Virus record (IMG/VR): IMGVR_UViG_3300001919_000035 | Coordinates: 10,257 to 74,256 of that record | Source of the DNA: a virus | Lineage: Duplodnaviria > Caudoviricetes | Strand: one strand, 5' to 3' | Length of the DNA: 64,000 bases | Part shown: one piece after another, positions 26,089-35,633 of the stretch | Layout of the letters: every line of letters begins with the position of its first letter | Position numbering within the stretch: the first letter of the stretch is position 1 | Translations under genes and position numbers: made by a program | Notes under the pieces: generated by a model | The model's input: the letters and a program-made list of their open reading frames with translations, nothing else | Databases searched by the model: none | What the model was told of the DNA's origin: nothing

Positions 26089-27028
26089 GCCATTGCCTTT
26101 TAGGCATATTTCAGAGGTAACAGTAGAAACTCTGGAATATATAGACATGCGTAGAAAACATGAGATTGAACCTCTTAGAACGAGATGGAAGAAGTTTAAT
26201 CGAGTCTGTAATGGAGGAATAGAACAAGGTTGTGTATACACCATAGTAGGTGCATCAGGATCTGGTAAATCTTCATTTGCAAATATGTTAGAAACTGATT
26301 TAATTAGTTTAAACTCTAATAAAGATATTATAGTATTGTCTTTTTCATTTGAAATGATATCTAGTAGACAAGTGGGTCGAAAGATAAGCAATGCTACAGG
26401 TAGAACAACTGGTGAGTTATATAGTGCAGAATCTGATTTAAAAGATGATGAATTTGTACGTATAACACAGGAAGCAGAGGAACTTTCGAAGTATCCTATC
26501 TATTATGTAGATACTGCAGCTACTGTAGAGCAAATAGAAAGCACAATAAAGTATTTTCAACAAAATCTTGCCAAAGATAAATGGCTAATAGTAATATTAG
26601 ATCATACTTTACTTGTAAGAGGTAAAAGTGATGAAAGTGCTTTAATCATTATTAGAGATTTGCAGAACTGTTTTATAAATGCAAAAAAGGTAGGTTGTAC
26701 AAGTATAATACAGCTCTCACAAATGAACAGGAATATTGAATCTCCTGATCGCATAAATAACCCAACATGTCACTATCCTATGAGAAGTGACATTTCTTCC
26801 GCAGATTCTATCTTTCAAGGAAGTGATGTTGTAATAGTAATAGCCCGTCCAGAGATTTTAGGCTTTACAATATATGGTCCTCATCGACTCCCAGTACAAA
26901 ACAAGATATACCTTCATATTCTAAAGAATCGTGAAGGTCAATTAGCAATTCTTGATTTCGAAAACGACCTAGCACACAACAATATCATCGAAATAGAAAG
27001 AGAATCAGAATCTAATCCTACTGATTAG
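26069..27028 (+). CDS. DnaB-like replicative helicase
   Basis: Walker A GASGSGKS, FSFEM, ILDH, IQLSQMNR, KNREG. Confidence 0.92.
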   Translation: MEQHLCKPLPFRHISEVTVETLEYIDMRRKHEIEPLRTRWKKFNRVCNGGIEQGCVYTIVGASGSGKSSFANMLETDLISLNSNKDIIVLSFSFEMISSRQVGRKISNATGRTTGELYSAESDLKDDEFVRITQEAEELSKYPIYYVDTAATVEQIESTIKYFQQNLAKDKWLIVILDHTLLVRGKSDESALIIIRDLQNCFINAKKVGCTSIIQLSQMNRNIESPDRINNPTCHYPMRSDISSADSIFQGSDVVIVIARPEILGFTIYGPHRLPVQNKIYLHILKNREGQLAILDFENDLAHNNIIEIERESESNPTD

Positions 27029-27052
27029 TTCAACAAAAAAATTAAGACTGAT

Positions 27053-27565
27053 ATGAAAAGTTATATATTCAACTTAGGTAATTCTAATGATACAACAAGT
27101 TATTCATCTTCTAATGGAGTAAGTTCTTATACACAGAGTCTGTTTGACAAAGCATTATGTTCTGTTCCGTATTGGAGTAAAACAAACAATAGTTATACTC
27201 CCTTTCGGTCTACATATAGTAATGAAACTCCTATTTTTACTCTTCCTTTTACTCTAGAAAAGAAGAGTCCGTTGTTTGATCCGAATTTCAAATATAAGAA
27301 GATCCAGAAAGATTTGGATGCTTATGAGGCATGGACAGCAGCAATGAATAAGATGAAAGCTTATCGTAATTATTACGGTGACCGTAGTTATGATGCATTA
27401 GTGGGTGGCATTCCGGCGAATTTCTTTGGAGATTTTGCACAGATCGGAGATGTAGTTATTCCTACATATGCAAATCGAGATTATTTTAATCGTCTTCCGC
27501 GTGAAAGCGCTTTAACGATTGTAAGCGTATCTATTACTATTTTGAATATTTTTGTGATCGAATAA
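27053..27565 (+). CDS. Hypothetical protein
   Basis: 170-aa ORF. Confidence 0.7.
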   Translation: MKSYIFNLGNSNDTTSYSSSNGVSSYTQSLFDKALCSVPYWSKTNNSYTPFRSTYSNETPIFTLPFTLEKKSPLFDPNFKYKKIQKDLDAYEAWTAAMNKMKAYRNYYGDRSYDALVGGIPANFFGDFAQIGDVVIPTYANRDYFNRLPRESALTIVSVSITILNIFVIE

Positions 27566-27653
27566 AATTTTAAAATAACATATACTTACTATTTCATATT
27601 TTTTCCAATCTTATCATATCGTATCAAACCAGTAAGCTAATAACTTCATTATT

Positions 27654-28397
27654 ATGATAGTATTACCTACTGAAAAAGTTAAAGCCAAAGTAAAAAACCC
27701 AAGGTTTCTTATATTATTTGGCAAACCAAAGTCAGGCAAAACTACTATAGCGAGTGATTTGAAAGATAATCTTATTATTGATCTTGAGGGTGGTTCAGAG
27801 TTTCTGGAAGCCCTCAGTGTTCAAGCTCGTAATATAAGCGACTTAGGCGAAATTGCATCTGCAATTCGTCAGAAAAATAAGGAATGTGGTGGATATTTCT
27901 ATAAACATATAACAATCGATAATGCAACAAGGCTCGAAGAGCTTACGTTATCTTATGCTCTTACTCTTTATAACCAAACTCCAATGGGTAAAGGTTTTAA
28001 AGGTGATATAAGAACACTTCCTCAAGGAGGCGGCTGGTTCTATATTAGACAAGCAGTAAGGAAAGTTATTGATATGTTTAGAGACTTATGCGAAGAATTT
28101 ATTCTAGTAGGTCATACTAAGGATAAACTAGTTAATAAGGATGGTGAAGAACTATCTGAAATGCAATTAGACTTAGCAGGTAAGCTCAGTGATATCATTT
28201 GTGGAGAAGCAGATGCTATTGGATATGTCTATAGAAAGAAGAACCAGACCTTAATTTCGTTTCAAGGCGGAGAAAACAATATAGTAGAAGCGAGAGCGCC
28301 TCATCTTAGAGGACAGAAAATCATTATCGCAGAAAGTGACAATGATGGTAGGGTAACAACCTACTGGGAGAGAATATATTTGCCTAACAATGATTAA
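27654..28397 (+). CDS. Sak4/AAA_24-like P-loop annealase
   Basis: GKPKSGKT, IIDLEGG, ITIDN, ILVGH. Confidence 0.8.
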   Translation: MIVLPTEKVKAKVKNPRFLILFGKPKSGKTTIASDLKDNLIIDLEGGSEFLEALSVQARNISDLGEIASAIRQKNKECGGYFYKHITIDNATRLEELTLSYALTLYNQTPMGKGFKGDIRTLPQGGGWFYIRQAVRKVIDMFRDLCEEFILVGHTKDKLVNKDGEELSEMQLDLAGKLSDIICGEADAIGYVYRKKNQTLISFQGGENNIVEARAPHLRGQKIIIAESDNDGRVTTYWERIYLPNND

Positions 28398-28409
28398 TAA
28401 TATACGTAT

Positions 28410-29051
28410 ATGTACAGTTCTAGCAGAGCAAAACAGATTGTAAAAAAGGATGTAGCATTTTTAACTGCAGGTATTCATGATGATGTCTATCTAGTAGGAA
28501 TTAGATGCGAAACTTCTATTCAAGGAAATAACTTCATTGAATTTAAGTTTGAAAAAGAAGGTAGAACAATGACTCACACTGAGTGGGAACCTTCAAAATC
28601 TAGTCCACAGAAAGAATTAACTCAAGAAGAATTTGAAGATAAATTAGACAGACAGTATAAAAGAATTGAACAAATTCTTTTGTGTTTCTATACTTCAGAT
28701 GAATTGCAGTTTGAAGATGGAGATTTTAAAGCATTTGCAAAATGGGTAGAAAGTCTACTTACTGCAGATAAAGTAAAACAGACTCCGTTGAGAGTAAAAA
28801 TAGTATATAACAATAAAGGTTATACTACATTACCTCAATATGCACGTTATACATTCATTGAACCAATGAGTGTAGTAAAAGAAGATAAGTCTGTTATTTC
28901 TCCATTGAAAATCGATAACTTCGAAAAGCCTATCGTAGCAGACAATGAAGCATCTAATGCTAATCCATTTCAAGTAGTAAATGGTACCTTAAATACTGTA
29001 GCAGACAATGAAGCATCTGCTACAAATAATGTTGATGATTTGCCTTTCTAA
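28410..29051 (+). CDS. SSB-like protein
   Basis: Acidic C-terminal DDLPF tail and position next to the annealase. Confidence 0.65.
   Translation: MYSSSRAKQIVKKDVAFLTAGIHDDVYLVGIRCETSIQGNNFIEFKFEKEGRTMTHTEWEPSKSSPQKELTQEEFEDKLDRQYKRIEQILLCFYTSDELQFEDGDFKAFAKWVESLLTADKVKQTPLRVKIVYNNKGYTTLPQYARYTFIEPMSVVKEDKSVISPLKIDNFEKPIVADNEASNANPFQVVNGTLNTVADNEASATNNVDDLPF
28935..29018 (+). repeat. 21-nt direct repeat within the SSB-like tail
   Basis: GTAGCAGACAATGAAGCATCT at 28935 and 28998 (VADNEAS twice). Confidence 0.85.
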
Positions 29052-29075
29052 AAGGCAACCAATAGCAATTGGGGG

Positions 29076-29105
29076 GAGGGGTAACGAAAGTTACTCCTCT
29101 TTTTT
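29076..29105 (+). terminator. Intrinsic terminator
   Basis: GAGGGGTAAC-GAAA-GTTACTCCTC followed by TTTTTT. Confidence 0.85.
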
Positions 29106-29129
29106 ATTAACCTCTAAAAATAAATCAAT

Positions 29130-30479
29130 ATGCTAGATATTCAAGAGTTAGAATCAAAGTTAAAAGAATCAAAATATAGTTTTAAGAATGGTAAGTTTGT
29201 TCCTGGCAACGGACATGCAGATGAAACATCTGGAGGAAATACAGGAACTTTCTCTGTAAAACAAGAATACTTGGAAGAATATTTCAAATCTAAGCAGACA
29301 AGCAAGGATTTTCAAGATCTTGTTGCAAAAGCTCTTGCACAAATGAAAAGTGAAGAAAATGGAGAAAACCAGCCAGAAACTGAACGAAAACTTACTGATA
29401 AAACTAAATCAAGAGATTTGGAAGTAGGTGATGAATTCTTTGGTAGTATCATTACTTCTATTAAGAAGGATGGGAAAAAAGTACGTTCAAAACCTATAGA
29501 CTACTGGAAAGTAGTAGAGAAAGATACACGTTTCGGCATTACTTTTACTGTAGAAAATAGTAAAGGTGAAAAGTTCAAAACTTCTGCTGGAGGTATCAGT
29601 ATTAAAAAAGCTGGAGACTTTGAGAAGAAGTTAATGGAAACACGTAAAAAGCTTGAAAAAGAGCTTGAAGAACAGAAATGTAAGGCTGAAGAAGAAGCTA
29701 AGATGATAGATATGTCTAAGCTTGAACCTGAGGCTCAGCTCAAGAAAATAATTGAGGCTGGCATACGCAACGTTTGGATGGTAGGTCCAGCTGGCTGTGG
29801 TAAATCTACTATGGCTCGTAATGTTGCAAAGGAATTAGATGTTCCTTATTTGTGTATATCCTGTGGTATTGGTACTTCTGCCACAGAATTTGTAGGATAT
29901 AAATATCCTAATCGTGAAAGTACTAAATTTGCTGAATATTATGCTAAGCCGTCTATTATCTTAATTGATGAGATGACTGCTTTAGACCCTGCAGTAGGTC
30001 AGGTATTAAATGCTGCTCTTGCCAACGGTGAGATTGAGACTACTACTGGTTTAGTGTGTCGTCACCCCGAGTGTATCATCATTGCTACTTCTAATACGTT
30101 TGGTAATGGTGCGAGTCGACAGTATGTGGCTAATAATCAGTTAGACGCATCTACTATTGACCGATTCATCGGTGGCATTATAGAGGTTAACTATTCTGTA
30201 GCTTATGAAAGTCAGTATGATACTGATGTAGTAAACTATGTATGGAAACTTCGTGAGATCATTAAAGAGTGCAACTTACGTCGTATTGCATCTACGCGTA
30301 TGATACAATCCGGACACGTAATGAAGAAGGCTTATTTCAAAAACTGGAAAGACATGTTAATAACTAACTGGACTGATTCTGAAAAAGAAATGGTTCATAA
30401 GCAGTTAGTAGAGAATACTACTGCTAGTAAGTTTAAGTTTTTAACAGATGGTGATGACAGTTTTAAAGTAGCAGCGTAA
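29130..30479 (+). CDS. MoxR/CbbQ/CobS-like AAA+ ATPase
   Basis: GPAGCGKS, ILIDE, IIATSNTFG, QLDASTIDRF. Confidence 0.85.
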   Translation: MLDIQELESKLKESKYSFKNGKFVPGNGHADETSGGNTGTFSVKQEYLEEYFKSKQTSKDFQDLVAKALAQMKSEENGENQPETERKLTDKTKSRDLEVGDEFFGSIITSIKKDGKKVRSKPIDYWKVVEKDTRFGITFTVENSKGEKFKTSAGGISIKKAGDFEKKLMETRKKLEKELEEQKCKAEEEAKMIDMSKLEPEAQLKKIIEAGIRNVWMVGPAGCGKSTMARNVAKELDVPYLCISCGIGTSATEFVGYKYPNRESTKFAEYYAKPSIILIDEMTALDPAVGQVLNAALANGEIETTTGLVCRHPECIIIATSNTFGNGASRQYVANNQLDASTIDRFIGGIIEVNYSVAYESQYDTDVVNYVWKLREIIKECNLRRIASTRMIQSGHVMKKAYFKNWKDMLITNWTDSEKEMVHKQLVENTTASKFKFLTDGDDSFKVAA

Positions 30480-30482
30480 ATT

Positions 30483-31292
30483 ATGGGAAAAAGATTAAAG
30501 GTAGAGTTTGATGATCTCGAAAAATTTTACACGGAATGTGATATTCAAGAAGATACTGGATCTCCTAGTCAATGGAAAGAAATTAGTGAAAAAAACGAAC
30601 CAAGTTGGGTTGGTCTACCACTAGAAGAAATTAAAAAATCTAAGTATTTTTACAATAAAGGCTTAGATAAACTTGGTTCTTTAACTGAAGAAATACTAGG
30701 AGGTTGTTCTAAAACGGAGTTCAAGTATGATGAACAGGATGGTGATGATATGAATTATGATAGATTTATCGAAGGATTACCATCTATGAAGAAAAGAGTA
30801 AGGAAAGGAGGAAATAAAAACGGAAGATTTATCAATCTTCATGTAGGTATATGTGAATGTTGTGCTGTAAGTCATAAAGATATGCTATATAAGGCATATA
30901 CTGCAGTAAAATTAGCAGATTATCTTGAATCTCAAGGTTATAGAGTTCAGATTACAACATTTGCAGAAGTAGCCAGTTTAGGTTATTTCAAGAGTGAAAT
31001 TTTAGATTATCTATTAGTAGAAGTTACTATTAAGAAATTTGAAGATCCTTTATTATTACCTACTATCCTTACTTGTGTATCCCCTTGGATGTTTAGACAT
31101 CATATGTTTAAATTTTGGACAGCAAAATTTAGATGTGGTTGGGGATTAGGTCATGTACCAAGTATGACTAGACAAAGTAATAAGGAACATATCTTTATTT
31201 CTTCAGGTGAGTGTCTTGATGAAGCAGATGCTAATCGAAAGATTAAAGAGATCCAAAAAATCTTTGAAGATGAACATGGGGACGAAGAATAA
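30483..31292 (+). CDS. Probable VWA-like partner of the MoxR-type ATPase
   Basis: Adjacent to the ATPase; beta/alpha alternation INLHVGICE...AVKLADYLESQGYRVQI; MIDAS motif not clearly intact. Confidence 0.5.
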   Translation: MGKRLKVEFDDLEKFYTECDIQEDTGSPSQWKEISEKNEPSWVGLPLEEIKKSKYFYNKGLDKLGSLTEEILGGCSKTEFKYDEQDGDDMNYDRFIEGLPSMKKRVRKGGNKNGRFINLHVGICECCAVSHKDMLYKAYTAVKLADYLESQGYRVQITTFAEVASLGYFKSEILDYLLVEVTIKKFEDPLLLPTILTCVSPWMFRHHMFKFWTAKFRCGWGLGHVPSMTRQSNKEHIFISSGECLDEADANRKIKEIQKIFEDEHGDEE

Positions 31293-31314
31293 GTATTGCG
31301 AGAGAGTAATCCGG

Positions 31315-31416
31315 CGAACTACTGGCCTGGGGAAGGCAAACTTGAAAAGAGTGTAGGGTACTTAGGTGTGGCGCTAATATTATATTAGCACGGGGGTTCG
31401 AATCCCCCCTAGTTAC
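31315..31416 (+). pseudogene. Degenerate tRNA-Ser(TGA)-like element
   Basis: AACTA/TAGTT partial acceptor, GCC/GGC D-stem, CTTGAAA loop without a stem, T-arm GGGGG-TTCGAAT-CCCCC. Confidence 0.45.
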
Positions 31417-31554
31417 AACAGATTCTTTTTAATTTAACAATATATAGTCTATAATATATTCTAATGGCTGGAAGAAAGTAAGCACATAACTACTACTAAT
31501 CAGGCTAATACGGTTCATGAGAATGAGTCGTCGGCGGTTGAGTGGAGGTAGATA

Positions 31555-31639
31555 GTAGAAAGATGTGTGAATGGTCCAGATACGATTCGCTAACTAGCGT
31601 GTATCTAAATGGGGAGGTTCGAGTCCTCCACTTTCTACA
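31555..31639 (+). ncRNA. tRNA-like RNA, 85 nt
   Basis: GTAGAAAG/CTTTCTAC stem, T-arm GGAGG-TTCGAGT-CCTCC, inner AGATAC/GTATCT stem. Confidence 0.55.
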
Positions 31640-31655
31640 ATTAAATTTATATCAT

Positions 31656-32654
31656 ATGTATGATTCTAAAAGAGCACATAAGACAAAAGCAATTACACTT
31701 GACTATATCTTGTCAAGAGTATCAGAATATGATATATATGCTCGTTATTTAGGACAATTTAAAATAGGTTATATTTACAATAGTCCGTTTAGAAAGGATA
31801 AGAATCCTTCATTTGGAATATTCCGAAGTAAAAAGACTGGTAAATTATTATTCAAAGATCATGGAAATGGTCTATGTGGAGATGTCATTAAATTTGTACA
31901 AGAATTCACTGGTATTACTAACTATAATGATTTATTAAATCAAATAGTTAAAGATCTTAACATAAAGAATAATACTGTTTTAAAGAGTACTAAGGAACAA
32001 GAAAAGTCTGAAGAAACTATAATAGGAGTAGTTAGACAAGACTTTACAGAAGCAGATATAGAATACTGGAAGCAATTTAATATAAAAACAGATACTTTAA
32101 AAAAGTATAATGTTAGTAGTATTAAATATTATCTCTGTAACGGTATAGTAAAAGGTATATATAAGGAAGATAATCCGATGTTTGCATATAAAGTATATGA
32201 CAGATTTAAGATATATAGGCCGTATGGTGATAAATACACTAAATGGCGTAATAATCTTACTGAATATGATATACAAGGTTATGAGCAATTGCCTGAATCT
32301 GGAGACTTATTAATAGTAACTAAGTCTATGAAGGATGTTATGTGTTTAAGAGAAATGGGTTATAATGCTATTTCTCCTTCATCAGAATCTACATTTATAC
32401 CTGATAGAGTATTAGAGGTGCTTAAATGTAGATTTAAAAATATAATTGTTATCTACGATCGAGACAAAGCAGGATGCAAAAATTTACGTAAAATCACAAC
32501 AACTTATAGACTAAAACCGTTATTAATCCACAAAAGTTTTAAAGCAAAAGATATTTCTGATGCTATTAAACTTAATAATTTTGAAACTATAAAAAATTGG
32601 ATTGATAATGAATTCAGAAAACAAAGAAATTTGGAAAAAGATAGAAAATTATGA
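31656..32654 (+). CDS. DNA primase (Toprim)
   Basis: Degenerate CHC2-like SPFRKDKNPSF...FKDHG, Toprim IVTKSMKD and YDRDKAG; start moved from the GTG at 31542 to ATG 31656. Confidence 0.88.
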   Translation: MYDSKRAHKTKAITLDYILSRVSEYDIYARYLGQFKIGYIYNSPFRKDKNPSFGIFRSKKTGKLLFKDHGNGLCGDVIKFVQEFTGITNYNDLLNQIVKDLNIKNNTVLKSTKEQEKSEETIIGVVRQDFTEADIEYWKQFNIKTDTLKKYNVSSIKYYLCNGIVKGIYKEDNPMFAYKVYDRFKIYRPYGDKYTKWRNNLTEYDIQGYEQLPESGDLLIVTKSMKDVMCLREMGYNAISPSSESTFIPDRVLEVLKCRFKNIIVIYDRDKAGCKNLRKITTTYRLKPLLIHKSFKAKDISDAIKLNNFETIKNWIDNEFRKQRNLEKDRKL

Positions 32655-33096
32655 CTATGTAGTTAGTAATTTTGGAAGGATTAAAAACTTAAAAAATAAC
32701 AATCTTTTAAAACCACAAGATAATCAAAATGGTTATTTAAAAGTATGTTTATCTAAATATGGAAAAGTTAAGCAATTTTTGATGCATAGATTAGTAGCAG
32801 AATTGTTTGTAGATAATCCAAATAATTTACCACAAGTTAATCATATAGATGAAAATAAGAAGAATAATAATTTTTCTAATCTAGAATGGTGCACTAAAAA
32901 GTATAACATGAATTATGGTAAATTAAAAAATTTTCATAAAAAAGAAATTGCAAAATATAAAAATGGATATTTTAAGTGTAAATATAATTCTTTAAAAGAA
33001 GCTGCAGAAATAAATAGTTTATCTAAAAGTTCTATTAGTCGTTGTTGTAAAGGGCTACAAAAAACATATGCTGGTTTTACGTGGAAATACATTTAA
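32602..33096 (+). mobile_element. Free-standing NUMOD4-HNH homing endonuclease
   Basis: EIWKKI...YVVSNFGRIK, MHRLVAELF, VNHIDENKKNNNFSNLEWCT, C-terminal NUMOD1-like CKG..KTYAGFTWKY. Confidence 0.9.
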
Positions 33097-33181
33097 GAAA
33101 TTCAAAAGTAAAGATATATCTGATGCTGTAAAAAATAACGGGTTTGATATAGTAAAAAATTGGTTAAAAGAAACATTATGA
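33095..33181 (+). pseudogene. Orphaned original primase C-terminus
   Basis: KKFKSKDISDAVKNNGFDIVKNWLKETL* matches primase KSFKAKDISDAIKLNNFETIKNW at 15/23; its TGA overlaps the next ATG. Confidence 0.85.
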
Positions 33182-33474
33182 AAAAGTTTTTCTCAAAAAT
33201 ATTTGATGTAATTCGTCAGGGTATAGCATGGTTATTAGCTATACCGTTTATTCTTTCTGTAATTCTTCTAGTATTCTTTGGTTTTCTAGTAGGTATTACT
33301 AGTTTGAAAGTATTCGAAAAACTTGGTTGCAAAATCAATAGTTTCTCTAGTTCTTCTGAAAATAATCTTGATGCTAAAATCAAAGATTATGAAGAACTTA
33401 AAAAGAGTTTAGAAGAACTACTTGAAAAAGTAGAAAAAGGTAATGCAACTGTAACAAGTTATAAAATAGAATGA
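33178..33474 (+). CDS. Membrane protein
   Basis: MKKFFSK...IAWLLAIPFILSVILLVFFGFLVGI; ATGA overlap with the orphan primase tail. Confidence 0.7.
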   Translation: MKKFFSKIFDVIRQGIAWLLAIPFILSVILLVFFGFLVGITSLKVFEKLGCKINSFSSSSENNLDAKIKDYEELKKSLEELLEKVEKGNATVTSYKIE

Positions 33475-33674
33475 TAGACTTCTATTCTACTGAAATAACA
33501 GTTAATCTTGTTCAATTCTTATGCTTCTGCTTTTTATGCTGTACTATAAGCAACATAATTAACTTTGCATCGTTTCATTTAATATTTAAAGAATATGTAA
33601 ATGTTATCAAAGAAGCGAAAAAGCAAAAAGAAAGAGAACAAGAAAGTAAAGAATGCAACTCCGATAGTAATTGA
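33471..33674 (+). CDS. Small membrane protein
   Basis: ATGA coupling; hydrophobic VNLVQFLCFCFLCC. Confidence 0.55.
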   Translation: MIDFYSTEITVNLVQFLCFCFLCCTISNIINFASFHLIFKEYVNVIKEAKKQKEREQESKECNSDSN

Positions 33675-34014
33675 TGGAATACAATTCCGAAGTAAACTAG
33701 AAGGATATGTATATACTGAGTTGAAGAAGAATAAATTGAAGGCTGATTATGAACCCATAGCATTTGAGCTCATGCCAGCCTTTCAATTTAAGAATAAGAA
33801 ACTAAGACGTATGACATATACTCCTGATTTTGTAGGAAGTAATTTTATCATTGAAGCTAAAGGAAGACCTAATGACGTATTTCCATATAAATGGAAATGG
33901 TTCATGTATTACTTAAAGAATAATGGACTAGAAGATAAATACAATTTATATATAGTTCATAATCATAAAGAAACTGATGAATGTATAAAAGAAATTAAAA
34001 GCTATGGAAAATAA
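33601..34014 (+). CDS. T7 endonuclease I-like PD-(D/E)XK nuclease / resolvase
   Basis: FRSKLE...YTPDF...IIEAKG. Confidence 0.8.
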   Translation: MLSKKRKSKKKENKKVKNATPIVIDGIQFRSKLEGYVYTELKKNKLKADYEPIAFELMPAFQFKNKKLRRMTYTPDFVGSNFIIEAKGRPNDVFPYKWKWFMYYLKNNGLEDKYNLYIVHNHKETDECIKEIKSYGK

Positions 34015-34104
34015 AAACATTTTGGAAGAATATGATGTAATTATCAATCTTGGATCTGCTTATAAAAAAGAAGAAAAGAATGATAATGACACAGAAGGAT
34101 AATT

Positions 34105-35124
34105 ATGGATTTAAGCATACCTTATTATGAAGATACATCTAGAATATCTAATAGTAATATAGGATATTTCCTTAAGAAAGGACCGCGTTATCTTAAGAAT
34201 ATGCTAGATGGAACAGCTGAAGGTCTTAAAGCAAGTTATCTCGATAAGGGAACTATGATACATATGTATATACTTCAACCAGATGAGTTCTGGTCACATT
34301 ATCGAATATTAGACTTTGAAACTCCAAGTAGTAAACAGCAACAAGTATTTGCTGACAAACTAGTTAATACTGTTGAAATAGACACTGATTTAGCCCTTAT
34401 AAAGGCATATTCAGATGCTTACAGTACAAAGAATAAGAGTGAAGACAAAGTACTCTTAGAAGCTAAAGAATTAACTAAAAAGCTAGAAAACTATATAGAG
34501 TATCTTAAGACTGAAAGACAAACAGAGATGAAAGTTATTTCATTTGCAGACTTAGCTATGTTAAAAACTATAAAACAGAATTTACAGAGTCATAAGAAAG
34601 CAAATGAACTATTATATAATCTAAAAGAAACTTGTGAACAATATAATGAGTTTCACATAAATTGGGAATTCCCAAAACTTTTCGAAAACTATCAATTACC
34701 TTGTAAGTCTTTATTAGATAGATTATGCATAGATCATACTGAAAAGAAGATTATGCTAATAGACTTAAAAACTACTGCAGATGTTAGTAATTTTGAGCAC
34801 TCTATTGAAGAATATGATTATAGAAGACAATTAGCATTTTATTGGCTTGCTATACATTGGTATTTCAAATATGAGTTAAATATTGACATTGCAGAATATA
34901 CTTATGAAACATATATTATTGCAATACAAAGTAATAATGGATATGGAGTAAGAGTAATAAAGTTTAGTCCTGAATCTATCGAAGAAAGACTTTCATTAAT
35001 ATCAGAAACTATCAGTGCTATCTGCTGGCATAAGCAGAACAATTTATGGGATTACTCTCGTTCATATTATGAAGGAGATGGATCAGAAGTGTATTACAGC
35101 GTCAATAGTAGCCCTATTCTTTAA
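34105..35124 (+). CDS. RecE/ExoVIII-like PD-(D/E)XK exonuclease
   Basis: GTMIHMYIL, CKSLLDRL, LIDLKTT, YDYRRQLAFY. Confidence 0.85.
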   Translation: MDLSIPYYEDTSRISNSNIGYFLKKGPRYLKNMLDGTAEGLKASYLDKGTMIHMYILQPDEFWSHYRILDFETPSSKQQQVFADKLVNTVEIDTDLALIKAYSDAYSTKNKSEDKVLLEAKELTKKLENYIEYLKTERQTEMKVISFADLAMLKTIKQNLQSHKKANELLYNLKETCEQYNEFHINWEFPKLFENYQLPCKSLLDRLCIDHTEKKIMLIDLKTTADVSNFEHSIEEYDYRRQLAFYWLAIHWYFKYELNIDIAEYTYETYIIAIQSNNGYGVRVIKFSPESIEERLSLISETISAICWHKQNNLWDYSRSYYEGDGSEVYYSVNSSPIL

Positions 35125-35434
35125 TACTAGTTATGTTAGTATTATACTGCATAAACTAAATAAGTATTGGATAAAAAAAGACCTGTATATAGATTATACA
35201 GGTCTGTCATACTTAGAATATAGAGATTTATGTAACTATTTTAAGGCACATAAACTATATTTAGGTCATTATAGATATAAAGGAGATTCAGACTATCATA
35301 CTGTTTTTATATTTAAAATTGAAAAAAAGCAACAACGATTAATATATATGGTTGAGAATAAGTATTTTCATTTGCTTTCAACTGAGGTTAAAAAGCAAAT
35401 ACATACATTCTCTAATTATAACTTTATATATTAA
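35078..35434 (+). CDS. Hypothetical protein
   Basis: Frame of track ORF 35015..35434; start uncertain. Confidence 0.55.
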   Translation: MDQKCITASIVALFFNTSYVSIILHKLNKYWIKKDLYIDYTGLSYLEYRDLCNYFKAHKLYLGHYRYKGDSDYHTVFIFKIEKKQQRLIYMVENKYFHLLSTEVKKQIHTFSNYNFIY

Positions 35435-35452
35435 AAAATTGGAGGAATAGTT

Positions 35453-35572
35453 ATGAAAGATGAAATTACATTACAGGTAAAAGAAGAAATTTTTATAGTA
35501 AGTATTGCAGAATATGATGGTTCATACAAGCATACTTTACTACAAGATACTGATTGCTTCAGTTGGGAGTAA
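35453..35572 (+). CDS. Small acidic protein, 39 aa
   Basis: Not in the track. GGAGG upstream; MKDEITLQVKEEIFIVSIAEYDGSYKHTLLQDTDCFSWE*. Confidence 0.5.
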   Translation: MKDEITLQVKEEIFIVSIAEYDGSYKHTLLQDTDCFSWE

Positions 35573-35594
35573 TCAAGCTATAATTTAGTTGTTT

Positions 35595-35633
35595 AAAAAG
35601 AAAGGGGTCGTTGTGAAACGATCCCTTTTTATT
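35595..35633. terminator. Bidirectional terminator at the convergence of the middle and late blocks
   Basis: A-run, AAAGGGGTCGTT-GTGA-AACGATCCCTTT hairpin, T-run. Confidence 0.85.

Noticed and set aside
31542-31655. N-terminal extension of the primase from a GTG start
   Set aside because: It overlaps a tRNA-like element; ATG 31656 has an AT-rich leader and gives a typical primase start.
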